DNA of 64,000 bases from Eledone cirrhosa (Eukaryota): positions 18,972,001 to 19,036,000 of the forward strand of contig OZ024741.1 in assembly GCA_964016885.1 (NCBI GenBank), given 5' to 3'. A model generated the notes under the pieces. That model did no database searches and had not been told where the DNA came from. It was given only the letters and a program-made list of their open reading frames with translations. A program made the translations under genes and the position numbers. This document shows positions 24,526 through 38,316 of the stretch, piece by piece (positions within the stretch are counted from its first letter, which is position 1; every line of letters starts with the position of its first letter).

Positions 24526-24530
<5 letters not shown>
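23425..24530 (+). mobile_element. RTE LINE 3' part
   Basis: ORF 23593..24114: FRYLGD, HGSETW, RLRWYGHV, GRPRKTW; 3' UTR and (GAT)n tail. Confidence 0.9.
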
Positions 24531-24562
<32 letters not shown>

Positions 24563-25091
24563 CACACAACGTGGAAGAAAGCAGTGAATCTGTAAAGAAC
24601 CGTTCAAATACTGGAGTTGATTTAATCAATTAACCCCTTCCCCCTCAAAATTTCTCGTCTTCTTCCTATGTTAGAAACCATTATTATTAGAATTCAAATC
24701 CCGTTCACTCTGACATAGCTGTATACATAAAGTGGATGTTGTATATCTAATGATAGTAGGCGACCTCATTAGCCTCACTTCAATATGGAGCTGTACAAGC
24801 TGGTTCAGCTTGAAAGTAGATTATTATTATTATTGTTGCTGTTGTTGGTAGAACATCAGACAATATACTTTGAGGCATACAGTTATGGCCCTTTACATTC
24901 TGAGTTCAAATACCGCCATGGTTAGCTTTACCTTTCATCCTTACAGAGTCGATAAAATAAAGTATCTGTAATGCACTGGGGTCAATCAAATTTGCCCTCT
25001 CCTTCAAATTACTGGCCTTGTGCCTAAAGTAGAAACAATTATTATTTTTTTTGTTGTGTTGTTGACATTAAATATTTTATTCTAATTACAG

Positions 25092-25225
25092 GCTGGGTAT
25101 AGCAGAGATGCTCTCGCAAAATTCATCTACGCGCGTGTCTTTGACTGGATTGTAGCCAAAATTAATCGGAACCTCCTGACACATGAAGACACTCAAAACT
25201 TTATTGGAGTGCTCGATATCTACGG
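25092..25225 (+). CDS. MYO5: Myosin V exon 10 ([17 protein letters not shown]...FIGVLDIYG)
   Basis: tacAG/GTttgt; RDALAK and first half of switch II DIYG|FE. Confidence 0.96.
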
Positions 25226-25305
25226 GTTTGTTGTGATTTTGATATTTTAAAAACCACCTCCACCTCTTCTACTTAACTAAATTACTTGATGTTATTTGTG
25301 GTAAA

Positions 25306-26338
25306 TTAACCCTTTAGTTACTAACCCAGCCAAATCCAGCTCTGGTTATAATAATAATAATGAAATATTGTGTACAGTGCTCAGGTGCACTACAATTCAT
25401 CAAAGGTGCATGTATAGTACACAGAATAATGTACAAATGTCAGGAAAATGAACAGTATACGAGTCATGAAATACATGTGTGCATGTGTATGGAGGGGGAA
25501 TATCGGGTATAGTGTTGGTGAATCTCAGGAAGCATGGAGGTTTTAAAGGATGCAGTGTCTCGACAACTAACAACTGATGCAGGTAGTTTGTTGCATACTT
25601 CAGCAACTCTGAGCGTGAAAAAAATGTTTCAGAAAGTCATGGGAGCTGTGCTGCTTTCTGACTTTGTTGGCATGCCCTCGTGGAAATCAAAAAGGTACTC
25701 AGAGTTGTTGTTGGCAAGATGGTTAATAATTTTGTGGGTGTTTACCAAATCAGTTGCCTGACATTGAAGCTTCAATGTATCCATGCCCAGGGAAGCAAGG
25801 CGTTCAGAGTATGGTAGATGCCTGATTGCACGTCTCTGAACAGTTTCCAGGCGGTCAATGTTCTGAGCAAGATAGGGGTTCCAAACTGGTGATGCAAATT
25901 TTAAGTGTGGCCGGAATATAGCTATATACAGCTTTAAATAGATAGCTGGAGAGCAGCTGACAAAGGTCTTGCTGAGTGATGCTAAGACACCCTCGACCTT
26001 CTTGACAATTTTAGAGACGTGCTTCGTCCAAAGCAAATCGCTGCTGACAGTAATGCCCAGGTCACATTCAAAGAAGACTTCTTGATGTTAGTGTTGTGGA
26101 GGGAATATGTGGATGCTGGGTTTTTACTCCCAAAATGCATGGTTCTATGAAATAAAACCAACCTTTTTATAGTTTTCCAATTTAAATTCAAATCTTCCAA
26201 CATAATTTTATATAAGAACCTTACATTAAGTCACTATCATAATAATGAAATAATTATTATAGTAAATCCCTCAAAATTCTTCATTAACTAATTAAAATAG
26301 AGTATATTTCATTAAAAATGCGATCATGAAAGGGTTAA
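25306..26338. mobile_element. piggyBac-like MITE (TTAA-CCCTT...AAGGG-TTAA) split by a CR1 fragment
   Basis: ttaacccttt at 25306 and aaagggttaa ending at 26338; an uninterrupted relative lies at about 51781-52024. Confidence 0.6.
25348..26142 (-). mobile_element. CR1-type LINE 3' fragment
   Basis: ORF 25629..26036: LYIAIFRPHL..ASPVWNP..LETVQRRA; similar to 53660-54480. Confidence 0.88.
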
Positions 26339-26826
26339 ATGTTGTGAAAATATATTTGAAAGAATTTGTCTATTTCATGGACATCAACATGGTTGTGTGA
26401 TTAAGAAGTTTGCTTCACCTGTGTTTTGGGTTTAATGTCACAGTGTTGCTCTAAACCTTGTGTGTGAATTTCAGTCAACAGAAACTGGAAATCTGTTGAA
26501 TGAACTGAGTTTGATAGGCATGATAAATCATTCAGTTTAATGACACCACATGGTTTTGGGGTTCCTGGCAGAGTCTATGTGGATGGTAAACTTAATTTGT
26601 TACTCAGTTAACTCTATAAACAGGTCCTTTGAGTGGTTTTAACTTTCTACTTGGATGGTAGACTTAATCTATCACCCTGTTAAAACTATCAACTCGTTTT
26701 TCGAGTGATTTTAACACAGTCTACTTAGATGATACACTTAATATGTCTATGCATGTATGTGTAGGAGATATTTATGTATTAAAATTTTCAAATTATAAAC
26801 ATTTGTTGGGAATGTTCTGAAGGGAA

Positions 26827-28204
26827 TCTATACTATAAAGCTGACGGCTGTATGTAGGTAACAAACTTTCCGCCAAACGGCTGGACCAAACAGCACCAAA
26901 TTTGCACCATAGATGTAATTTTTTCCAAAAAAGTGAGGGTATTTTTGTCTACTGAATTTTGTTAAAAGATTAAAGACATTATTTAAATATTCACTTTAAA
27001 ATTTCAAATGTCAACACTTCCGGTTATACGTCATTCCTCACTTTTTCTTATGACGTCGTACAACATTCCCCTCTTTTTCTTAGTCTGTCTTTTTAGATAG
27101 ATACATAGCTATAACGTAGCACCCTTATAATATGTCTCTGTATGTCTGACTGTCTGCATTAGATAACGTTTTTCGAAATATTTACTTCTGCATTCACAGA
27201 CTGATTTTTTTTAGTTAAGGATGAAAGCAGTGATTCTTTGCTTAAACTTTAATCTGTTATTTTAATATATATATTCGTGTACAGATATTTTGGCATACAC
27301 AAAAACAAAAACCTATTTATTTCACGAAAGCACAGACGGCTTATCGTCATTGTTACTGTTAGAGGCTAGAGGACCACAGTATTCCAAGATCTGAGAACCA
27401 TCAATGGCCATCAATGTTCCACTTACCGTCTGGCTTGCCAGATGCATGGTATGTTACACGATGACAGCCATTGGCACCTCACTCTGCAAGAAGCAGCAAC
27501 TGCTAAAGTCCCTTCTCAGCTGCGAAAACTTTTTGCTATTATGCTGCACAACTGTGATCTCACCGACTCTCTTCCAATGTGGAACAACCACCGCGAAAGT
27601 CTAGCTGAGGACATCCTCCACCGCACACGCAGACACAATCCGAACGTAACATACGATGTCGTTTTCAATGAGGCGCTCATATTGGTGGTAGGCCTCTAAG
27701 TCACTACAGCTTACCTGCTCCTGACAGGAGTGTCCAAAGGTCAACGTCTACAGAGCTCGTAGCCACGAGACGAGCTTTGAAATCAGTGATTCTCCCATGG
27801 TCAATTGTATGTAGGATGCTCTAGGATGAGCTCACCAAACAATATCTTCATCTTTGCTCTAGAGGCCCAAACAAAAAATATTGTATGCCCTGAGGCTCTA
27901 ACAATGTAATTTAAATATTTTCTGTTACTTGGAATTTCCATTATGGTTGTACAAATTATTGTTTGTTAAGAAATGTGTTCTCTGTTCAGCCTTTATTGTT
28001 GTAACTATCAATTTTCTTTAATGTACTGGCTACTGAACTCGGGAATCCTAAAAACTATTCAAACCCAACATCAGTGCACTTTACCCCCCCCCCCTCACTG
28101 ACTTGAGAGGGCGTGTGGTATCTTTGCACTGGAGTGGAGGGGGATTCATGAAAAGATAAAATGCTGGTATACCTAGCCGGGGACCAGCCAGATGGGCCAA
28201 CTAG
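26827..28204 (+). mobile_element. Internally deleted non-autonomous Helitron
   Basis: 5' TC (a|TCtatactataaag) and 3' CTAG|t, so inserted at A/T; RepHel remnants LHDDSHW..TLQEA..P.QLR.LFA.ML..C...W..H.E.LAED (27442-27699) and PIF1 C-terminal FSHGQLYVGCSR..TKNIV.PEAL (about 27789-27900). Confidence 0.85.
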
Positions 28205-28464
28205 TGTGTAAATAACATCAATGACAATATAGTAAATATAGAAAAACTGTTTCATTATAAAATAATTGCTCCAGATATTTTAGCACCTTATTTACTTAGA
28301 ATTTAAGTTGGTGAAAATCATCAGAATTTTTAAAATAAACCAACTTCAACCACCGTTTTATTACCATCAATCTTTGTTTTTTTTTTTGTCACATATTTCT
28401 CATCTTATACACAAGTATATATGGTAATTTATCATGTCAAAACATTGTTTCATTCAATAATGAG

Positions 28465-28975
28465 CTTCTTCTTCTTGATCTTGCTTAATGAGACTAGGGC
28501 CATCTGAAGTCAGTAATCCCAGAGACATCATCATGTGTAAAGCCTACCAGGTCCACCAGTACCCTCCATTGCTGGCAGTCCTGTACAAGCTCCTCTGCAT
28601 CCTCCAAGGTGATGTCAACCCTCTGGAGATTTTCATTGATGACATCCAGCCATCTGGTGCAGGACCTGCCACGGTGCATCTTCCAGCCTGTAGCTGTTTC
28701 ATCGAACAAGAGTAAGGCCTTGGTAGGTTGATCTGGCAGCAGGCAGAGGACATGTCCATACCAGCGCATGCAGCATATGTCAGGAGCAGTCAGGAGGCTG
28801 TGGGCTGATGCGTGCACATATGTAACTTTTTGTTGGAAATGTGGTAGTACCATCTGATGTTCTGAATGGTCCTCAGGGCTCCACCATCGAAGCTGTCGAC
28901 CTCTTTGCCAGGATCTTTGTAAGAGACCATGTTTCTGCTCTATAGAGGAGAGGACTGACGCATTATAGATATGGA
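28465..28975 (-). mobile_element. Old LINE 3' fragment
   Basis: MRWYGHVL.L...P.K......RGR...RWLD in ORF 28494..29126. Confidence 0.65.
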
Positions 28976-29084
28976 GCTGATGGCATGAATTATCTATAAT
29001 ATATATATATATAGTCCAACCCTTGTTAGCAGGGAATGATGATGTTGATATCTGATTTACTTTTAAATGTTCTATTTTGATCAG

Positions 29085-29166
29085 GTTTGAAACCTTCAAG
29101 ATAAACAGCTTTGAACAGTTTTGCATTAATTATGCAAACGAACGGCTCCAATTACAGTTCAACACG
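29085..29166 (+). CDS. MYO5: Myosin V exon 11 ([27 protein letters not shown])
   Basis: atcAG/GTgagt; switch II and relay helix. Confidence 0.96.
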
Positions 29167-29684
29167 GTGAGTTAACTAACAAACTTTTTACCTCTTTCTT
29201 CACCCCTCTGCCCTTCAGCGCCCTCATTACCTCTACCACCATCACCGATATCATCATCACTACCACCATCATCACAACCCACCATTTGATGTGACCTGAG
29301 AATTTCCTCCCAATATAACATTGAAAAAGGATGTTACAAACATTTAACATTCCTCTTCAGAAATGGGAAATACTTTGTGTTTTGTTCATCAAAAGAATTC
29401 TTTTTCCATTCCTTCCTCTTCTCACCTCTATCATTCTATTTCATCTTTTAAGTCTTATTCTAACTTCTGATGAAGGAATGGTAGCTGAAGCATAAAGACT
29501 CCTTTCCTACTATATTAAGCGTTGAACTAATATATTTCTTTGTTGTGTTGTATTGTTAGCTTTGTTGTTTCTGTTTACGTTTTGCATATTAATGTGTGTG
29601 TGTGTGTGTGTGTGTGTGTACAAAAACGAGATTGAAATCACTAGATATTGATCTAAACCCTTATTATTATTATATAAAGTTTGA

Positions 29685-30305
29685 CTTTGTATGCTGCAGA
29701 TGCACAGGAGAAGTGAGCACATTTGAAATGTATGGCCACAGTTGTGAGGGAGGCTCATTAGAAGTTGTTGATAGCTTTTATTTCATAAGTAGTAACCTAA
29801 TCAGCTGCTGGGAAAATTGCTCCTAAAGTATGTTAACCAAGATAAGGACAGACTGGAAGATGCTTAAGGAGATGGTACCCTTGTTGAGAATGAAGGCCTT
29901 CTCTCCCAGAGTGAAGGCTAGATTGTATGATGCAGTGAAAGGTTGACTGCAGAAGAACTATAAAGGCTAGAAAGTATACCCCAATGGATATGTAATGTTA
30001 GTGAGCCAGAATGATGTAGCATAATTAAGCTGAGAGAGAAACTTGACATAAAAGAAATTAGATGTAGTGTTTAAGAGAGAAGACTGCATTGGTTTGGACC
30101 TGTGATGTATATGGAAGATACCATCTGTATAATGAAATGGAGAGACATTTCAGTGGCTGGGGCCCAAGAAAGAAGCTGACCCCAGAAGACTTAAGATAAT
30201 ATTGTGAAGATTGATTTTAAGAAGCTAAACTTCACAACAGATGACAAAGGACCGTAGGGGCTGGCACTATGCTGTGCTACTGAAGACCCATCTACCCGCA
30301 ATAAA
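29685..30305 (+). mobile_element. Highly degenerate RTE LINE fragment
   Basis: Remnants of gagagaagactgcattggtttgga and cccagaagact, collinear with the other RTE copies. Confidence 0.6.
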
Positions 30306-30823
30306 TGTGACCTGATGCATCCCTATTCCCTCCCCTGCTTCATTGCACACTCCTCACCCCATCAGTTCTCCTTCCACTATCACTCCTTAGGTACCCTCCT
30401 TCTAAAATGCTTAAACACCCTCTCTACCACCCTCTAGTAACTACTTTCCCCATCACTGACACACTGCTGACCACCCCCACCTTCACCCCTCTGCTCTTGA
30501 CCACCTCATCCACTCTCCCTCTGCTATCACCTTAGCTATTCTCACCATCACTACATCCCCCTCCCACAACACTATTAGGGGTCACCTACTCACTCACCCC
30601 ACTGTCAAATCCCACCACACTTACCAATTACCCAAAACATTATTTTTATCTTCTTTCTCCCAACCCACAGAGCACGGAGGGCTCTTCAGTTGGGGCAATA
30701 ACCTGTCTAGTGCTGGTGATAGGAAGGGCACCTCACTGTAGAAGGCATGCCAGCTGTTAATATGAATGTGTGTGTATCTGTATATCTTGTATATTGCTAC
30801 TGTTTTCTGTTCTTCCATTGCAG

Positions 30824-30964
30824 CACGTATTCACTCTAGAACAGCAGGAATATAGACATGAAGGACTTGAGTGGGATGAGATTAGTCACTATGATAATAC
30901 TCCTTGTATAGACTTAATTGAGAGTAACCATGGAATCTTAGCTTTATTAGATGATGAATGTAAG
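30824..30964 (+). CDS. MYO5: Myosin V exon 12 ([13 protein letters not shown]...DN..CIDLIE...GIL.LLDDECK)
   Basis: tgcAG/GTaagt; 47 codons of conserved motor sequence. Confidence 0.96.
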
Positions 30965-31125
30965 GTAAGTAACTTTTCCACTAGTTTCTGTTCATTAACT
31001 ACTAACATCCTGTAATGATATAGCAGAAAATGTCTTTAAAATGGGCTTGTTATTTCAAATGTTTGTTCACTGTAGACAGATCTAAGTGAAAATTTACAGT
31101 ATTAAAATATAGACTTACATTTTTA

Positions 31126-32871
31126 ATGTGATGCAATCATAGTTATTATAATGTGATGCAGTCATAGTTATTATAATGTGATGCAGTCATAGTTATTATA
31201 ATGTGATGCAATCATAGTTATTATAATGTGATGCAGTCATAGTGATTATAATGTGATGCAGTCATAGTGATTATAATGTGATGCAGTCATAGTTATTATA
31301 ATGTGTTGCAGTCATAGTGATTATAATGTGATGCAGTCATAGTGATTATAATGTGATGCAGTCATAGTGATTATAACGTGAAGCAGTCATAGTGATTATA
31401 ATGTGATGCAGTCATAGTGATTATAATGTGATGCAGTCATAGTGATTATAATGTGATGCAGTCATAGTGATTATAATGTGATGCAGTCATAGTGATTATA
31501 ATGTGATGCAGTCATAATGATTATAATGTGATGCAGTCATAATGATTATAATGTGATGCAGTCATAGTGATTATAATGTGATGCAGTCATAATGATTATA
31601 ATGTGATGCAGTCATAATGATTATAATGTGATGCAGTCATAGTGATTATAATGTGATGCAGTCGTAGTGATTATAATGTGATGCAGTCATAGTGATTATA
31701 ATGTGATGCAGTCATAGTGATTTTAATGTGATGCAGTCATAGTGATTATAATGTGATGCAGTCATAGTGATTTTAATGTGATGCAGTCATAGTGATTATA
31801 ATGTGATGCAGTCATAGTGATTTTAATGTGATGCAGTCATAGTGATTATAATGTGATGCAGTCATAGTGATTATAATGTGATGCAGTCATAGTGATTATA
31901 ATGTGATGCAGTCATAGTGATTATAATGTGATGCAGTCATAGTGATTATAATGTGATGCAGTCATAATGATTATAATGTGATGCAGTCATAATGATTATA
32001 ATGTGATGCAGTCATAGTGATTATAATGTGATGCAGTCATAGTGATTATAATGTGATGCAGTCATAGTGATTATAATGTGATGCAGTCATAGTGATTATA
32101 ATGTGATGCAGTCGTAGTGATTATAATGTGATGCAGTCGTAGTGATTATAATGTGATGCAGTCGTAGTGATTTTAATGTGATGCAGTCGTAGTGATTATA
32201 ATGTGATGCAGTCATAGTGATTATAATGTGATGCAGTCGTAGTGATTATAATGTGATGCAGTCGTAGTGATTATAATGTGATGCAGTCGTAGTGATTATA
32301 ATGTGATGCAGTCATAGTGATTATAATGTGATGCAGTCATAGTGATTTTAATGTGATGCAGTCATAGTGATTTTAATGTGATGCAGTCATAGTGATTTTA
32401 ATGTGATGCAGTCATAGTGATTTTAATGTGATGCAGTCATAGTGATTATAATGTGATGCAGTCATAGTGATTTTAATGTGATGCAGTCATAGTGATTTTA
32501 ATGTGATGCAGTCATAGTGATTTTAATGTGATGCAGTCATAGTGATTTTAATGTGATGCAGTCATAGTGATTATAATGTGATGCAGTCATAGTGATTTTA
32601 ATGTGATGCAGTCATAGTGATTTTAATGTGATGCAGTCATAGTGATTTTAATGTGATGCAGTCATAGTGATTATAATGTGATGCAGTCATAGTGATTTTA
32701 ATGTGATGCAGTCATAGTGATTTTAATGTGATGCAGTCATAGTGATTTTAATGTGATGCAGTCATAGTGATTTTAATGTGATGCAGTCATAGTGATTTTA
32801 ATGTGATGCAGTCGTAGTGATTTTAATGTGATGCAGTCGTAGTGATTTTAATGTGATGCAGTCATAGTGAT
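31126..32871. repeat. 25-bp minisatellite, about 70 copies (atgtgatgcagtcatagtgattata)
   Basis: Seen directly; highly homogeneous. Confidence 0.97.
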
Positions 32872-33174
32872 TTTTTTTTTGTTCTACTTTTCAAAAATGT
32901 CTTGCTAATGTGACTTCATGTGGTCTCTTAATTCAAATGGTTTTAGTATACTTGTGAACAGATTGCTTAACTTGATGCATTCATAGTACTTTCTGAACTT
33001 AAGAATATTTTGCTAATGCAGTTCCATGCAGTTCAGGACATTATAAGTTAATAGAAATAAAATAGACTAACTATAATTTTCCAATCATTTTGAAAGTGAT
33101 CAAGAATTTAGAGAGATTTAGTGATACATCTAACTTTCTTGTTAATAATCGGGTGTTTAAGGGTGGTAGATTGG

Positions 33175-35555
33175 ATTACACAGTATAATATGTGGTACAC
33201 AGTATAATACTGGGATACACAGTATACTGGGATACAAGGTGTAATACTGGGACACACAGTATAATACTGGGGTACTCAGTATAATACTGGGATACACAGT
33301 AATACTGGGATACAGTGTAATACTGGAATACACAGTATACTGGGATATACAATATAATACTGGGGTACTCAGTATAATACTGGGATACACAGTATAATAC
33401 TCAGGTACACAGTGCAATACTGGGATACACAGTATAATACTGGGGTACACAGTGTAATACTGGGATACACAGTATAATACTGGGATACACAGTGCAATAC
33501 TGGGGTACACAGTATAATACTGGGATACACAGTATAATACTGGGGTATACAGTGTAATACTGGGGTATACAGTGTAATACTGGGATACAGTGTAATACTG
33601 GGATACACAGTATAATACTGGGATACACAGTATAATACTGGGATACACAGTATTATACTGGGATACACAGTGTAATACTGGGATATACAGTATAATACTG
33701 TGATACACAGTATAATACTGGGATACACAGTATAATACTGGGATACACAGTATAATACTGGGATACACAGTATAATACTGGGATACAGTGTAATACTGGG
33801 ATACACAGTGTAATACTGGGATACAGTGTAATACTGGGATACACAGTAAAATACTGGGATACACAGTATAATACTGGGATACACAGTATAATACTGGGAT
33901 ACACGGTATAATACTGGGATACACAGTATAATACTGGGATACACTGTAATACTGGGATACACAGTATAATACTGGGGTACACAGTATACTGGGATACACA
34001 GTGTAATACTGTGAAACACAGTATAATACTGGGATACACAGTGTAATACTGGGATACACAGTGTAATACTGGGATACACAGTGTAATACTGGGAAACACA
34101 GTATAATACTGGGATATACAGTGTAATACTGGAATACACAGTATAATACTGGGATACACAGTTTAATACTGGGAAACACAGTATAATACTGGGATACACA
34201 GTATAATACTGGGTTACTCAGTGTAATACTGGAATACACAGTATAATACTGGGATACACAGTGTAATACTGGGATACACAGTATAATACTGGGTTACTCA
34301 GTGTAATACTGGAATACACAGTATAATACTGGGATACACAGTATAATACTTGGGTATACAGTGCAATACTGGGATACACAGTATAATACTGGGATACACA
34401 GTTTAATACTGGGATACACATTATAATACTGGGATACACAGTGCAATACTGGGATACAGACTGTAATACTGGGATACACAGTATAATACTGGGATACACA
34501 GTGCAATACTGGGATACAGAGTGTAATACTGGGATACACAACATAATACTGAGATACACAGTATAATACTGCGAAACACAGTATAATACTGGGATACACA
34601 GTGTAATACTTGGATACACAGTGTAATACTGGGTTACTCAGTGTAATACTGGGATACACAGTATAATACTGGGATACACAGTGTAATACTGGGATACATA
34701 TTATAATACTGGGATACAGTGTAATACTGGGATACACAGTATAATACTGGGATACACAGTGTAATACTGGGGTACATATTATAATACTGGGATACACAGT
34801 GTAATACTGGGAAACACAGTATAATACTGGGATACACAGTGTAATACTGGGGTACAGAGTGTAATACTGGGATACAGAGTGTAATACTGGGATACACAGT
34901 ATAATATTGGGATACACAGTATAATACTGGGATACTCAGTGTAATACTGGGATACACAGTGTAATACTGGGATACACATTATAATACTGGGATACACAGT
35001 ATAATACTGGGATACTCAGTGTAATACTGGGATACACATTATAATACTGGGATACACAGTGTAATACTGGGATACTCAGTGTAATACTGGGATACACAGT
35101 ATAATACTGGGATACACAGTATAATACTGGGATACACAGTATAATACTGGGATACACAGTATAATACTGGGATACACAGTGTAATACTGGGATACACAGT
35201 ATAATACTGGGATACAGTATAATACTGGGATGCACATTATAATACTGGAGTACACAGTGTAATACTGGGATACACATTATAATACTGGGATACACAGTAT
35301 AATACTGGGATACAGTATAATACTGGGATGCACATTATAATACTGGAGTACTCAGTGTAATACTGGGATACACAGTGTAATACTGGGATACACAGTATAA
35401 TACTGGGATACACAGTATAATACTGGGATACATAATGTAATACTGGGATACACAGTGTAATACTGGGATACACAGTATACTACCAGGATCAACAGATTAT
35501 ACCAAGATACACAGTATTATACCAGGGTATACAGATTATACCAGGGTATACTCTA
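33175..35555. repeat. 20-bp minisatellite, over 110 copies (cagtataatactgggataca)
   Basis: Seen directly; ends about 80 bp before exon 13. Confidence 0.97.
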
Positions 35556-35631
35556 TATTCCTTATTTTAATCAATACTTTTTTAGAAGTCATATTTTCCA
35601 ATTTCTTTCTTTTTCTTGTCTTTATCTTCAG

Positions 35632-35838
35632 TTGTTGAATGGAAATGATAGTAATTGGTGTACATCATTATTTAAGAAATTATCCCAAACAAAATGTTTT
35701 GAGAAACCCAGAACATCACAGACTTCCTTTACAGTATGCCACTTTGCAGAGAAGGTCACATATACTTGCCAAGGATTCATGGAGAAAAATATGGACACCG
35801 TATCAGATTTACAAGTAGAAACATTGAAAAAAAGCACA
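35632..35838 (+). CDS. MYO5: Myosin V exon 13 (FEKPR.S...F.V.HFAEKVTY...GF.EKN.DTV)
   Basis: ttcAG/GTtagt; 69 codons; HFA.KV.Y is class V-like. Confidence 0.95.
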
Positions 35839-36004
35839 GTTAGTATTGCTATCTTGATAAATCCTGATATCAGAAAGTTTACATTTTATTTAGGGGTTGT
35901 TTTGGAATCTAACTTGTTCAACAACACACACACACACACATATATATCATTATCATCACCATTTAACATTAATTTTTCCATGCTAGCGTGTGTTAGACTA
36001 TATA

Positions 36005-36930
36005 TAGGATAGTCTGCCCCAAATCAATCCAATAGAAAGACCAGTGATGTAAGTTAAAGGTAGTATAATAAGTAAGGCAATCAAAGATATGAAGACAGGC
36101 AAGGCAGCTGGACCTTCGGAGATAGTTCCTGAGATGTTGAAAGCATCTGGAATGGTGGGACATACTATGGTCACCCAGATAGTAAACCAAGTAATACAGA
36201 ATGGGGTCATACCAAAAGACTGGCATAGCAGCATCATCATTAACTGCTACAAGGGTAAAGGGGATGCTCTAGATAGGGGAAACTATAGAGGCATTAAGTT
36301 AGTTGACCAGGTCATGAAGGTCACAGAAAGAGTTATAGCGCAACTAATCAGAGAGCGAATTGATCTAGATGAAATGCAGTTTGGGTTTGTGTCAGGTAAA
36401 AGTACCACAGACGCTCTTTTCCTTGTACGACAACTACAGAAGAAGTACGTAGCTAAAGGTAAACCCCTCTACTTAGTTTTTGTAAACCTGGAGAAAGCCT
36501 TTGACAGAGTCCGCCGCTCCATTATCTCGTGGGCCCTTAGAAAACTAGGTGTAGATGAATGGCTTGTGAGAGCTATACAAGCCATGTATAAAGAAACAGT
36601 CAGTAAGGTTAGAATTAACCTTGAATATAGTGAAGAATTTAGTGTAAAAGTTGTTCATCAAGGCTCTGTCCTTAACCCCCTCCTATTTATTATTGCCCTT
36701 CAGGCTATACCAGAGGAGTTTAAGACTGGATGCCCATGGGAACTTCTATATGCAGATGATCTAACTCTCATAGCTGAATCTATGGCTGAACTAGAGAGGA
36801 AATTCCAAACATGGAAGCATGGCCTAGAATCAAAAGCCTTAAAGTTAACTTGTCTAAGACTAATGTATAAAGGAAAATAGGGCACAGGTGCCCTCTGGGA
36901 AATGGCCATGCTCAGTGTGTAGGAAAGGTA
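36005..36930 (+). mobile_element. Internal RT fragment of an RTE LINE
   Basis: ORF 36089..36880 parallels ORF 3990..4961 (NYRGIKL, QFGF, LEKAFD, HQGSVL, YADD). Confidence 0.9.
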
Positions 36931-37069
36931 ACTAGTCTGTCACAACAATATGGCTGGATTCTTAGATCATCACTTCATCAGACATATGTTTACACTCACA
37001 CTACACATATATATGTGTGTCTGTGCATATATGAAATGATCTTTTTGAGAAAGTATATTTTTCTTTCAG

Positions 37070-37195
37070 AATCCATTTGTATTAGAATTGTTCCAGGAGA
37101 AGAAAGTGGAAAGAAGACTATCAACATTGAGTGAAGAATCCTACTTCAATCCACCAAAGAAATCCAAGAAACATAAACAAACAGTTGGATCTCAG
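37070..37195 (+). CDS. MYO5: Myosin V exon 14, loop 2 (NPFVLELFQE...KKSKKHKQTVGSQ)
   Basis: tttcAG/GTaggt; basic loop 2 ending HK.TVG.Q. Confidence 0.93.
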
Positions 37196-37212
37196 GTAGG
37201 TAATTTGGAGGT

Positions 37213-37490
37213 GTTTACACTGCTTGTGTGGAGGTATGAGGTCTGTGGGAGGCCAGCAGCCATGTTTACACTGCTTGTGCTGATGTATGAAGTCTGGGAG
37301 GCCAGGAGCCATGTTTACACTGCTTGTGTTGATGTATGAAGTCTAGGAGGCCAGCAGCCATGTTTACACTGCTTGTGTTGATGTATGAAGTCTGGGAGGC
37401 CAGCAGGCATGTTTACACTGCTTGTGTTGATGTATGAAGTCTGGGAGGCCAGCAGCCATGTTTACACTGCTTGTGTTGATGTATGAAGTC
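37213..37490. repeat. 49-bp minisatellite, about 6 copies, starting about 17 bp after the exon 14 donor
   Basis: Unit gtttacactgcttgtgttgatgtatgaagtctgggaggccagcagccat. Confidence 0.93.
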
Positions 37491-38057
37491 TTTGCTAAAG
37501 GTGGAAGCCCACCAGCTATGACTGCTTCTATGTGGGGAGAAGAAGAAATAAGAAAAAAAACCTCAATCTATGGGTTGTTCATGTCGGAACAAATTTTTTG
37601 AGGTGTCCAGTTGAAGTTTAAGGCAATTTATTCAGGTGTCTAGTTATCCTCAGTTAAGGGACTAGAGACCTAGTCCTATTCTTTGTAAGACAAGTTACTC
37701 TGATTTAGTTACCTGAGGACCCTGTAATGATGCCACTGTGACCAGCAGTAGCACCATTACATGACTTGCAGCTGTAGGTCCCACACATGTGTTCAACCCA
37801 AAGTTATAGTAAAAAGCACTTTTCCCAAACCCCAGGAGATGGGAGAAGATACTTGTCCAAAGTTCCATGTAATGGGATTGAACCAGAACCATGTGATTGC
37901 AAAGCAAAACTCTTAACTATACATGCCAACAGATTGGCAGAATTAGTAATGTCAGACAAAATACTGTGTGATATTTTGGCTACATACTTTTAAATTCTGA
38001 GTTAAAAATCCCCAAGATTTCACAAATTAATTTTAATTATACTGTTCAATATTTCAG

Positions 38058-38155
38058 TTTAAAGAATCATTGAATAGCCTCATGAAAACCTTGTCAGACA
38101 CAAACCCTCACTATGTTCGTTGTATAAAACCCAATGATGAAAAGAAACCATTCAA
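38058..38155 (+). CDS. MYO5: Myosin V exon 15 ([27 protein letters not shown])
   Basis: tttcAG/GTaagt; [10 protein letters not shown] motif. Confidence 0.96.
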
Positions 38156-38316
38156 GTAAGTTCTTAATATTTAATTCATAGAGGGCAGAAAATTTTGTCT
38201 CTGGTTCTATGAAACAAATCCACCCATTTAAAGGATTTCTTTTAAATTAAAATTTTATATAAGAACCATATGTTAAGTGATGTTCCAAATATTATCTTGA
38301 TATTGAAATAATTAAT

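Noticed and set aside
33157-35473. Many overlapping minus-strand ORFs (VSQYYTVYPSIILCIP)
   Set aside because: Stop-poor frames of the 20-bp satellite
31126-35555. Regular arrays that could be mistaken for CRISPR (also 43.5, 56.1 and 60.0 kb)
   Set aside because: Head-to-tail units with no unique spacers, no cas genes, and a eukaryotic intron context
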